Origin: Piromyces finnis finn
Taxonomy: Eukaryota > Fungi > Neocallimastigomycota
Direction: 5' to 3'
Length of the DNA stretch: 64,000 nt
NCBI GenBank assembly: GCA_002104945.1
Contig: MCFH01000010.1
Span: 1,116,001-1,180,000, forward strand
The notes below the pieces were generated by a model that saw nothing but the letters and a program-made list of their open reading frames with translations, searched no databases and was not told the origin of the DNA. Position numbers and translations under genes: made by a program. Shown in pieces: positions 35,874 to 52,431 of this stretch. The stretch's first letter is position 1. The number at the start of each line of letters is the position of its first letter.

Positions 35874-36362
35874 TGTCGTTCCAGTTTCTATCCTGGTTGT
35901 TAAGACCCCCGCCATTGACAGTTCTTTAGTGATTTTCCTGTTTCAGGTTTGCGCTTAAAATATAGGGGTTAAAGGTCAATTCAGGTAAGTATAACTATAC
36001 CACCGGACTCTACCCTAAGCAGTTAATTCAGATTGGTAGTTTTCTCCGTATCAAGCGGTTTTCCCACTGAAGTTTAGAGTATATGTAGGAAGGGGTATCA
36101 ATTAATTCACAGATTACTAACTATGGTCTTTGAGGGTTGTTCTCATCGTTAATCATCCTTCGCCAATAAAGGTTCAGGAGATCACTGGTGTTGGTAGCTC
36201 GGTCTTTGTGTGATAGGATCGTTAAGAGCAATAAGCCATTCCATATTAGCCCTGCCCGGAGGGATGATTGTGCCGACGTCGTTCTGATATGGCAATGTAC
36301 AATAATGTACAATCACATACCATATATAACTCAGGGGGTTAGATGAGGATATATGGAAGTCT
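35874..36362. other. GC-elevated non-coding island of unknown identity (candidate structured ncRNA or mobile-element remnant)
   Basis: 198 G+C in 480 nt (35881-36360, about 41%) against very AT-rich flanks. No convincing ORF, several hairpins, followed by a run of about 25 A. Confidence 0.5.
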
Positions 36363-39300
36363 AAAAAAAAAAAAAAAAAAAAAAAATTAATTTAAAAATA
36401 AGTCGTTTTTGGATAAAAATTTTTTTAAATAAAATTAATATTTTAATTTTAAAATTTCTATATATTAAAATATATTAAAATTTTATAAATTAATCAGATA
36501 TTAATTTCATTTTAAATTTCAAAATTAAAATTTTTAAAGTTTTTTTTTTCATTTAAATAATTATTTAAATATTTATAATTAAAAAGGTTAGAATATACAA
36601 ATAAGTTATTTTAATTTTAATAAAAAAAATAAAAATCATTGTTCTTTTTAATTGCTGTATATAAACTCCATTAAAAAATCAGATATATATAAATAGAAAG
36701 TTGATATTATATTATTAATAAATTTACAAAAAAAAATTACAATAATAAGAAAATACTATGAAAAACTTTATGTACAAAAATATTAATGAATAAAAACTTC
36801 AAGATTTCATATTTGTTATACATTTTATAATATTTATAATCCTAAGATGTAATAAATGATAGAAATATATTTTATAACAATTTAATTTATTGTATTAATA
36901 GAAATATACTTTTAATAAGAAGACTTATAATCTAATCTTTTAAAATAAAAAGGTAAAGTTTCTTTTAAATAATTAGTTAAAAGCCAATAATATTATTATT
37001 TTTTAATTTTCAGCTTATTTTAATTTTAATTTTATTTATTATTTATTTATTCCATAATAAAATATAGTTGATAAACATTAAAATACTCAAAAATTAAAAA
37101 CGACAAGCCACAAATATTAATATATAATAAAAGAAATAGAAGTGCTACATTAATAGTTATTTATATTATTTCTGTAAATATATAAAGGTTAGAATTTTTA
37201 TTATAAATAATATTTATTTTGATATTTGTGATAATAAGATTAATAATTTTTTTTATCTATATTTATAATCATAATTGTTTGTAACTCTTTAATAGTATCT
37301 ATTTTGATGAAATAATAATTAATAATAACCGATATTGCAAGAAGATAAAAAAAATTTTATTAAGAGTAAAACTAATCAACCAACCTGCATGTATGTCAAA
37401 AATGCTTGAATTTCATTTTAAAAGTTATTTTTTTTTTAATATCAAGATCAAGATAACCATTTTATGTAGTTCACCATGTTATAATTTTTTAGATAATTTT
37501 AATTTTTTATTTTTTAAGACAATATTCTATTTGAAAAATACAGAAAAAAAAACCTAAATACTTTTTTTTAAATTATTCAATTAAATTGTTGGCTAATTTA
37601 TATATTTAGATAAACCTTTTTTTAATAATATTTAATATTTATATATTTTTTTTTAAATAAAATACTTAATACTACTACTAAGTTTATAAGTTTATTCTTT
37701 AAAAATTTCTTTTATAGATGTATATATTTTTTAAAATAATTTAAAATTTTACTTTTTTTTGTAATACCTTTTAAATAAAAATGGAAAAATATGTAAATTA
37801 AGATATATTATGAATTAAAATATATTAAAATATCTAAAAATATAAACTCTCCAAAATTTAAATTTAATATTAAATTAAAATTTAATTATTTGAGGCTTTA
37901 TATCTAATGTATTTTGTTTTTGTATAAATATTTTTTATGAAACATATAATAATTGAAAAATATTAGTATCCATAAATAACCATTTATGGATGAAAAATCT
38001 TAAAATATCAATATATAGATATATTAAAATTTAATATTCTTCTATTCTTTTTATATAAAAGGTATTAGTTTATAGAGTGAACCAATCATTTAATTATGTT
38101 TTATATATTGAATTTGTTACCTATTGGATTTATTTTTTCTTTCATTTTACTGTTTATATATAAACTATCCAATAATACTTAAATATTTCTCTTTTTCCAA
38201 TCATCTTTATTACAAAAACATTATAATAATCTATATAAATTATATTAAATCAGATAATCAACTTTAAATTTATTAATAATATATGGTATTAACTTTAATA
38301 TATACTTTAAGTAGTATGTTTTTTTCTTTCATTAATATGTTTTTTATAATATAGTAATTTTTAACTCAATAATAGAATATAGTTTTTATTTTTATTAGTA
38401 TGATGTATTTTCATTTATAATAATTATCACTGCTATTTATTATAAATGTTTTATAATATTTGAAAAAATCGATAGAGTTATTGTTTTTTCTTATATATAA
38501 ATTTTATTTTTTTTACATTAATTGTTAATATTTATGTATATTATATTGTTAAATATTATAAAACTATAAAATTTTTAATATATATGAATTGTTTAAATTT
38601 AAACAGAATATATTAAAATTGACTGGATCTAATATATTAATATCAACTGGCTTTGATATATTAATAAACAATATACATTAAAGTTTATATTATTATATAT
38701 TACTCACTACTATTTTAATATAATAATTTAATTTATAATATTTTCCAAAAAAAAAAAAAAAATTATCTATTCCATATATTATTTAAATTCAATTTATAAA
38801 TATATAATGACTTGTTTTCCTCAAAAAAATAAAATTTTTTTTCTTTTAAACCTTTTTACCTTTTTTATTATTATTTAGTATTGTCTTAGTTATAAAAAAA
38901 TAAGTATATAGGGAATAGAGAAGTAAAGAAAGGCGATTTAATAGTTTTAATAACATAAAATTTATTTTATACTTAATAAAATAAATTAAAATATATAGAT
39001 ATATTTAAATTTAAATTGAAAATAATAGAATACATAAGTAGGATTTAATAAAGGTGGATATAGAATAATTATAACTAGTGAATAAAGTAAAAATTATAAT
39101 AGCAATAATATAGTAAATAAAAATATTATAATTTAATATAATTTAAATTCATAAGAATATTTTTTAAAAATAAAACCAATCAAAACAAAAAGTGAAACTT
39201 GTAGTTATAAACGTTGCCAAAAACTGAACTAAAGATTTATCTAATTTGTGTTTAATCGATATTAAATTAAGGCTTGAATTTTGTAAATAAGAAGGTCTTG

Positions 39301-39759
39301 TAAAGAGCTTAATCTTATTAAAAGGTTAATATTAAATTTTGATATATATAATGTTTTTAAATTATATAGTTATGATATATTAATGCTTATATGAAAGAAT
39401 ATTGTTGAAAAATTAATATTTGATTAAAATTGTTATTTTTTAAAAATTTTAATATTAAAATGAATGTGTATAAATCAACTTTATAGAGAGGATTTATGCA
39501 TCTTTTTCTATAAAAATATATTTTTAATACTAACTATTATTTTATGTTATTATATAAATCCGTATTTAGAAAAAAAGACAATAAAGCAACAAATAAAATC
39601 TAATGAAATAAAAACATAATATTTTATATGCATATTAATTTACAACTTTAGTATAATTTAATTTTATTATTTATTTATTCAATAGAAACAATCAATAAGT
39701 ATATATTTAGTTTTTTTTATCAATTGGGATAATTTAATTATTTTAAAAAATAATGCATC

Positions 39760-41964
39760 ATGCCTATAATAAATAATCAAACTGATGAATGGCAAATTCA
39801 AGGTTCAAAAAGAAAGAAGAATAATCAAAGAAAAACTAAGAAAAATCAAAAATATTTATCAAAAGATCAAATAGTAAATAAAAGTAAACGTGAAAATGCA
39901 TGTTATTATCAGAACACAAAAAAGAGTAAAGATCAAAATGGAAATAAGAATAAGAGTGGTAAGAGAAGTAATAAATTTGATAACAAAATAAAAAAACAAA
40001 ATAGAGAAAAAGATAATATTCTTGATTCTATTCCAATAGAAAGAAATAAGAATTTAAATATAATAAAATCAACATCTCTTTTAAAAATTCAAATAGAGCA
40101 AAAACAAAATTGTGAGAAAGATGTTTCATTAGATTTAAAATCAAAAGATTTATTGCTTCCAAAAAAGACTATTTCTGAAATGTCAGATGTTACAGCTGTA
40201 TCTATTACTTCATTAGCGTCAGATTCAAATTCTATTACATCATCTACATTAACTCAAACAAATAGTTTGAAAGATAATATTGTTGAACATAGTCAGGATG
40301 CTGAGGTAATTGAAAAAAATAATTCAACAAAGAATAAATATTCAGAAACAACTTTATTAAAAAAATGTTTTAATACTGAGAAGGTTGAAGTAGCTGATGC
40401 TGATTTAAAAACTGAAAATTCCAAAGATAATGAAGAATCAAAGGAAAAAGAATTGCCAAAGAATAGTAAAGAAATTCAAAGTGTTGAAGAAGTTAAAAAA
40501 TTAGAAGATCAATGTTCGGTATCTTCTTCTTCATCTGTAACTAGTTTTGACTCAAGTACTTCTTCGAAATCAAGTAATAATCATTATGGTGATGACAATG
40601 AATCAGTTATTACAGCAAAAAATGATGCAGAGGATTTAAAAATAACAGAAAATAAGAATAAGGAAATAGCAAAGAATTCAGAAGAAAAGAAAGTAGATAA
40701 TAAAAAGGATGATATGACAAAAAAAGTTTTGGAATTTAATTTCAAAAATTATACGGATGTTCAACCATTTATTCCAAAACATTTAAAAGCTCAAAAAGAA
40801 CAAGTAAAAGTAGAAATAGTTGCACCAAAACCACAAAATGCAAAACAAAATACTAATACAAAAGGGATTATTGAAAGAAAACATGATAATGAAAGCATAA
40901 CATCAAAAAGAAAGACTAAGGAAATTAATAAAATCATTAGAATCGATCCATCTTGTTTACATCAAAAGGATGGACATATTGTTCCAATAGCTGCAGTAAT
41001 GAAGAATGGTAAGAACTTCAATAGTAATAATGTTCAAGAAATTCTTCAAAGAAATATACAACAAAAGACTAATGAATTACAGGAAAGTAAAAAGAAAAAA
41101 TATGAAGAATTAAGAAAATTATTAGATCGTAGTGATAAAGATAAAAACAATAAAGGTACTCAAAGTTATCAATCTTTACCTGTAAGTGAGAACAACACTA
41201 ATAATGGTATCAAAAAAGAAGTTACTGAAAAACCTCAGGTAAGAAAAATAATGAGTAATTCAGTATTGGAGGTCTCTAGTACTAATAAAATCAAAAAAGT
41301 GCATCAAAGAACCTCCTCTTATACCATGAATCGCATGAATTCAATGCAAAAGAATATACCAAATCTTGTTGAAAGCAAGGATGATTACTTATGTAGTGTA
41401 ATTTCACCATTAGCAGTAAGCAATAGAATTGAGAATGAATATAATAATGTTAAATGCTATAATGATCCAATGGAACAAAGTTTAACAAGAGTAAAACCAG
41501 CTAGTATTAAAAGATCTAGATCTGTTCAAAATATTACAACCCTTTCAAGAAAGGGATCTAATCATCAACTTTTATTGGGCGGAAATGGAAGTATGACAGT
41601 GACAAATACAATAACAACCTGCAAAACTACACCAAGATTACGTTCATCCAAATCATTTTCGTTATTAAGGAGAGTACGTAGTGGTTTAGAAAATACACAT
41701 GTTACAACCATTAATACAACCACCACAACTTCTCATTCTAGTACATTATATACCAATTTAGTTGGTTCTTCATCTTATTATCCAATTGTTGTTTTACCAA
41801 CTGCAAGTGTACAGGAAATGTCTGTTGAAACTACTACAAGAAAATTAAGAACTTCAAATAGTTTACCAAATATGATGGGCAAATTAATTAGAAAGTTGGC
41901 TTGGCCATTTGGTGGAAGTAATCTTGAGTCAGAAGTTCCATTATCCGTTGAATCTGCAAAATAA
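39760..41964 (+). CDS. Hypothetical low-complexity K/N/S/E-rich protein (734 aa)
   Basis: Uninterrupted 2.2-kb ORF with coding-like composition in a genome where random ORFs are short. No recognisable domain. Confidence 0.7.
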   Translation: MPIINNQTDEWQIQGSKRKKNNQRKTKKNQKYLSKDQIVNKSKRENACYYQNTKKSKDQNGNKNKSGKRSNKFDNKIKKQNREKDNILDSIPIERNKNLNIIKSTSLLKIQIEQKQNCEKDVSLDLKSKDLLLPKKTISEMSDVTAVSITSLASDSNSITSSTLTQTNSLKDNIVEHSQDAEVIEKNNSTKNKYSETTLLKKCFNTEKVEVADADLKTENSKDNEESKEKELPKNSKEIQSVEEVKKLEDQCSVSSSSSVTSFDSSTSSKSSNNHYGDDNESVITAKNDAEDLKITENKNKEIAKNSEEKKVDNKKDDMTKKVLEFNFKNYTDVQPFIPKHLKAQKEQVKVEIVAPKPQNAKQNTNTKGIIERKHDNESITSKRKTKEINKIIRIDPSCLHQKDGHIVPIAAVMKNGKNFNSNNVQEILQRNIQQKTNELQESKKKKYEELRKLLDRSDKDKNNKGTQSYQSLPVSENNTNNGIKKEVTEKPQVRKIMSNSVLEVSSTNKIKKVHQRTSSYTMNRMNSMQKNIPNLVESKDDYLCSVISPLAVSNRIENEYNNVKCYNDPMEQSLTRVKPASIKRSRSVQNITTLSRKGSNHQLLLGGNGSMTVTNTITTCKTTPRLRSSKSFSLLRRVRSGLENTHVTTINTTTTTSHSSTLYTNLVGSSSYYPIVVLPTASVQEMSVETTTRKLRTSNSLPNMMGKLIRKLAWPFGGSNLESEVPLSVESAK

Positions 41965-44900
41965 ATTTGTTTTATAGGAAAAATGCGTTTTACATTAAAT
42001 TTTATTAAAAGTTAACTTAAAGAATCGTACTCATTAAAATTTTGATTATTTTTTTTTAAATTTAATTTATTAAAAATTACCAAAAGTAATTTTCTTACAT
42101 TATTCTTTTTCATTAAATATTATGAAAAAATCAAAAATTATAACAAAGTCAATCATAAAAATCCAAAATTTAAGTAACAAAAGATGAAAAGTGAAATACG
42201 TTAAAGCTATTGGTATTTTTATATTTAATGAAGATAATGGGTTTATTTTATTTCGGGATTGAATGAAAAAAATATTTTATTTAGTACAGTTAAATGGATT
42301 ACTTATATTAAAACAAACTTAGACAATTACATTATATCCACAATAATTATTTATTATTATATTTATCATATGATATACATTTTCCATTTATTTTATTTCT
42401 ATATAATTTTATTATGATCATTAAACTATCTTTGCATTTGAATTTTTATGATATAAGAATGTAAAGATAAATAATATTTATTCTATTTATAATTTTAGTA
42501 TATATTTATATTATGAAATATTAAATGCAATACTTTGATTCCTTATTTATAAAAATAATAAGAAACAAATTTATTTAAATAGAATTATAATATTTTCTTA
42601 TACATTTATAATATTATAAAATGTTATAGCATAAATACTGAAATTAAACGTAATACAAGTAATGCATAATAAAAGCATAAAAGCCTTATATACTTATAAA
42701 TTTTAAAATAATTTTTAATGGTTAAAAATTATAATTTAATGATTGAAACCTTCTAATTATAATTGAAGGCTTGGAATCAATTCTTGAATAATGTCAAAAA
42801 AAAAAAATATATATATATATATTATTATTAACATTTGTGATATTTAATAATTTTATGGCAATATATATATATTAAATAATATTAAATTAAAATTAATTGG
42901 AATAAGGAAATAATTAATTATTTATATAGTTTCATTTTCATTTTTATTATTATTTCCCTTAAAAATCTAAAATTGCAGCAGAAATATACCATATAACGTT
43001 ATTCATATTGTAATAAATATGTTTTAAAGTTTTAAAATATAATAAAGTATAAGAATTTTTAATAATGATGTTTAATTTTTTTTTTTTATATATGGCTCAA
43101 TAAATAAAATTTTAATTATAATATTTATATAAAATGTTAATAAAATCTGTTTTTATAGTTATAATTTTTTTTTTCTTTTTTCTTTTTGGCATATTGTTCT
43201 TGGTTAAGGCATTTGTAAAATTTATATATATATCAAATCTCCTCAAAATTATTTTTGTTTGAGTATTAAAGTTTTTACCAATATATATGAAATACTATTT
43301 AGTTGGATTAAATATTTTTTCTTATAATTAACGAGCTAACTTTTCCAATAAGAAATACTATAACTTAAATTAGTAGTGATGCTATATATATTTTTAAAGA
43401 AAAAACAAATTAATTTAATGTTTATATGTATTTATTTAGTTTTTTACAATAAAAGCTTTGGGAATCGAACAGCATTTTATTGTCACCCATGAACTCATAA
43501 GGATGTTAAAGACCTTTTTGGTTTTTTTTATTATCTTATTTGAGCTTGTACCTTAACATATAGAATAAAACTATAATAAGAGAGAAAATCCTCTTGCACA
43601 AATTAACAATTATAAATAATAATAATTTTAATTTTTATTAGTAATTCTGTTAATATGAACTAAGCAAAGAAAAAAATTTAACTTTTATTAGTAATTAATT
43701 ATTATTTTTATATTTTTATTTTTTATTCTATTTTATTAGTTACATTTTAAATAATGTAAATATTTTTTCATAAATAAATTAAGAAATTAATATGTACTTA
43801 ATATGTACTAAGTGCTTAGTTCATATTTTTTTCCACATGTTTACAAAAAAATTATTTTGTTTATTTAATAATTCCTTTTATTTTACAGAATTTTTTTTTT
43901 TAAATATATTAATAATTTTTTATATATATATATATTAAAAATTATTTTTTTTGAAACCAATAATATAGATATAATCTAAAATTTCTATTTAAAAAAAAAA
44001 AAAAACTATTTATTTATTATTATATCATAATTATAATGTATAATTATTTTTTATATTTATTTGAGTGTTTTATTTATTTTTAGACTTAAAACATATATAT
44101 TATTATAACAAACCGGTAATATATAATACAGAAATATTGAACAATTTAAAAATGAAGGTGATTATATAATATTAATATTTAGATTTCAATAAATCAAATA
44201 ATTAAGTATTTTAACCAATAAATCTCATTTGAAATTAGATAATATAAATTTAATAATTTATTATATTTAATATAATTTTTTTTTTTTTTTTTTTTGATTT
44301 AAGGACAACGAAAATTTTAATTTTTTTTTTTATTTGATATTTTAATTATTTTTATTTTGAGAATAATATTTTATGTATATTATTTATTAATAATGTATTA
44401 CAAATAATATATTATTTAATTTATATTTTTTTATACAATCATTTAATAAATATATTTTAGTATGTAATTTTTTAGATATTTTTTATTAAAAAAAAAAGAA
44501 ATCGAATCTTTTACATTTAAGATATTTCCAAAAATAAATATATTATTCTTATTATGCAATAATATTTATTATATATATTCCTAAAGAAAAGGATCATTAC
44601 TCATAATATAACTTAATTGTTAAATAATAATATAATTTTATTTTTGCAATTTTTTTAATTGTTTTTGTCAATTAAAAAATTTAATTATAAGAAAGGAAAA
44701 AAAATATATAAAATTTATAATATATACTCATATACGATAAAATTTAGTATTTTATAAATATATAAATATATATATTTATATAGAATTTAATTTGCAAAGT
44801 GAATTAAAATCACTTTTGAGAATTACAGTATATATATATTTATAAAAACAATTTGATTAAGGAAAAAACAATGAATTTAATTTAAGAGAAATTAAAGATT

Positions 44901-45027
44901 ATTTTATTTAAAGACTTTACTTTTTTTTTTTTTCCTTTTTCCCTCATCTCCTTATTATATTATTGTAATTATTATGTCAATAAATATTTTGAATAATTTT
45001 AAAAAAAAAAGAGGAAAAAATACTGAT

Positions 45028-49155
<4,128 letters not shown>

Positions 49156-50590
49156 TCAAAATAGTTATCAGATTATTATTGTTTTATTATCGTTAATCCT
49201 ATTAATATTCTTTTTAAATAATATTTAAATCAGTAAATTATTATGTAATAAATAAATTATGTTTTAAATTTATAATTTTATATTTTATTTATTTTTATTT
49301 TTATTTTATTTTTAAATGAGTTAAAGACTTAGAAACAAGTTAATAATAATATTCTCTAGTTTAATTCAAATTAAAGTTTTTATTTACTTTTTTTTTTAAT
49401 TACATATTTCTTTTATATACCAATGTAATATTTTTATAATTTCATATAGTTATTATAAGTTAATATAATTATGCAAACAAAGAAAAACAAGAAAAAACAA
49501 AAGCAAAAACCAAAAATAAAAGTAAAATAAAATTATATACCAAATTAATAATATATCATTTGTTCATTTAGCTATATAACTAATAACTAAAAAAAAGGGA
49601 TAATTAATAATATAAATTTACTGTACTTTTTTTTTTTTTTTTTTTTTTTTTTTATATTAATAGTATAATAAATTAATTATTTATAATATTTATTCTAATT
49701 TATCCCAAATTTTTGAGATTTTAGCCAGACTTTTTAACCAGACTTTTTTCGTTTTTTATTTTATTTATCAAGTTCAAGTTTAGCTTTTAATTTCACTTTG
49801 GGCCCTTACTATTAAAAATACTTTATTCTATTCTAATAGTGAGTTAGAAATAGTAAAAATAGCTGAAGTAAGCGCTATATTTTCCTATTAAATTAGTATA
49901 TTTATACCCAAGCATTAATTATATTGTATTTCTTTTTTCCTATTCTGATATTTTCACCAATTAATATAGATTATTTTTATGTAGAAGGATTTTAACTTCA
50001 AATAATATAAATATTTATTAATAATTTTATTATATTTCAATATTTCTCTTCTACTTTAAAACGTCTAGTCTTTAGTCTTGAACTTTATACACCTAACTAA
50101 AACAAGAAATTTTTTTAATAATAAATTCACTAGTACAACCAGAATATATAGATATAGATATATTTTTTTTTCATTATTACTCTTACATTACATATTTTTG
50201 TATTTACATTTTCATTGCATTTTTTTTATATTGTAGATATAATTAATATTATAGTAAAATTATATAAATTAAATATTAGAAAAATTGTTAATATTACAAT
50301 ATGTTCAATGTACATATGCACATATATCAATATATTATGATTTATATATTCAATTTTTTTTTTTTTTTTTTTTTTTTTACATAAAAAAAAAATAAAAAAT
50401 AATATAAAATGTTAATTTAGAATTTAGTATTTTCAAAGACATTTATAAATATCAGTATATATATATATATATAATATTTTATATAGTTATTTTAGTATTA
50501 AAAGTATATTAATTATAAGGGGAATATTATAAATAAATAATAATAAAAATAAAAAAATAAAATTATTCAAAATAAATTAAAACATTCTGT

Positions 50591-50624
<34 letters not shown>

Positions 50625-50625
50625 A

Positions 50626-52431
50626 ATGGACCAAACTAATTCTACAATTGATAATGATGCTGCAGCATCTAGTTCAACTAAAATTAATTTACCACAATTA
50701 ACTGATGAAAGAAAACAAGAAATTAGGAAAAAATTATTAGAACGTCAAAGACAAGCAAGATTAAAAAATTCTAGTATAAATGCTGGTTCAACCAATTCAA
50801 CATCTGCTTCATCATCATCTTCAAATATTACATCAAACTCAATAAATTCTAATACAACTAACATATCATCTAATAATAATAATGTAATAAATGATTCAAA
50901 TGAAAAAGAAAAGGAAAAAGAAAATGAAAAACCACCAAATCAAGAAATGATAAAAAAAGCAATAGCATTTTTAAGTTCACCAAAAGTTCAAGGTTCTCCT
51001 ACTTCAAGAAAACATTCATTTTTATTATCTAAAGGTTGTACTAAAAAGGAAATTGAATTAGCTGAAAAAGAAATTGAAGAAAAAAGTTTATATTCAAGGT
51101 AATTATTAAATATTAGCATATTCATTGTTATTTTAATTATTTTGCTGTTTTCGTTTTTAAAATTAAATTAAATTTTATTTTAAAAAATGAAATTGGAATT
51201 TAAATATACATGTTTAAAACTATTTTTTAAAATATCTATATAAAAATTATATATATATTTAAATTTCTTATTAATTTAAAATATTGAATCGTTTAACTAT
51301 GATAAGTGCCCAATCATTAACATCACCACCAGCTTCATCAACATCTAGTACAAATGTATCTCAAGGACAAGCACCACCTCCATTACCACCAAGAAACTAT
51401 CAACAACAAAATATTCAAGTTATTTACCGTAATCCACCATTAACTCGGATACAAAAAGTAAGACGTGGATTGTTAATTATTTTATTTAGTGCTTCAATTT
51501 TGAAGGGTATTTCTATTATAGTAAAGGTAGTTTTTTTTTTTTTAATTTTTTTTAAATATAATTTTGAAAAAAAAATAATTGTTAAGATACAGTCATACTA
51601 ATGCATATAATTTAATTTGTTTTCATGGTATTTTATTCATTATTTATTTAATTAACAAAATAATAGAAGGAAATTATGAAACCACTTAGAGAACTTTATC
51701 TTCAATATTCAAAATATTTAAAAACAAGAAATAATATATTAAATACATACATGCTTCAAATTGTCGAATATTGTAAATTATTTATTAACGACAAAACTAA
51801 GGATAAGGTTAAGCAAGTAAAAACAATTGAAGAAATTAATAAAGAAAAAGAAACAGAAAAAACCGAAAAAGAAAGTGAAGAAAATGAAGTTGAAGAAGAA
51901 TCTTCAGTGGAAAAGGAAAAGAAATCAGGTCAAAGAAAAGCTATTAAATTAAAAATCCACAGAAAGAAGGAAGTTGACAATGAAATAGTAGATGAAGAAA
52001 CTCAACTTGTTAAAAAAGACTCATCAGAAGTAAGAACTCTTTCTGCTGCCGTTCAGGATTATATCGATTGTACAAATAGTTTTGAAACCAATTGCAAAGA
52101 TGCTGTTGACACATATACTTATGATATCGAAAGAAATAGTGATCTTTTCAGTGGTTCTCTTGGTCAAACAATGAAACTTTCCAGTGAAGTATATCAAATG
52201 GTTTCACGAGAAGTTTATTATAATTCGGCAAATTCATCTTTTTATATGGATTCCTATCAAGCTTCTAATGAAGATGAAGGACCTGTCTCACTTTATTCTC
52301 GTGTCAATAACATTAAGAGTGAAATTCGTAGATTAAAAGGTATGCTCTTGAACCATAGAAATTTCCCAAAATACAAGCAAAGAGCTTTAGTTAATGTTAC
52401 CTCTAATACTGCCGCTTCATCATCGTCATAA
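50626..52431 (+). CDS. PEX14: Peroxisomal docking peroxin Pex14, 3 exons (50626-51098, 51307-51526, 51667-52431)
   Basis: Pex14_N EMIKKAIAFLSSPKVQGSPTSRKHSFLLSKGCTKKEIELA, then PPPLPPR (SH3 ligand), a hydrophobic segment GLLIILFSASILKGISIIV, and a coiled coil ending NIKSEIRRLKGMLLN. Confidence 0.85.

Noticed and set aside
35982-35992. Minus-strand ATACTTACCTG, identical to the U1 snRNA 5' end
   Set aside because: No downstream U1 loop I (GATCA), loop II (ATTGCAC) or Sm site. It is simply the complement of a consensus donor.
36209-36287. Possible C/D snoRNA (GTGATAG...ATGATTG...CTGA)
   Set aside because: Box C has two mismatches, there is no terminal stem, and I could not identify an rRNA target.
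40741-40782. PAM2-like FKNYTDVQPFIP in the orphan protein
   Set aside because: Lacks the conserved Leu and Ala positions; only PFIP matches.
43460-43470. B-box-like GTTCGATTCCC on the minus strand
   Set aside because: No A box or cloverleaf around it; not a tRNA.
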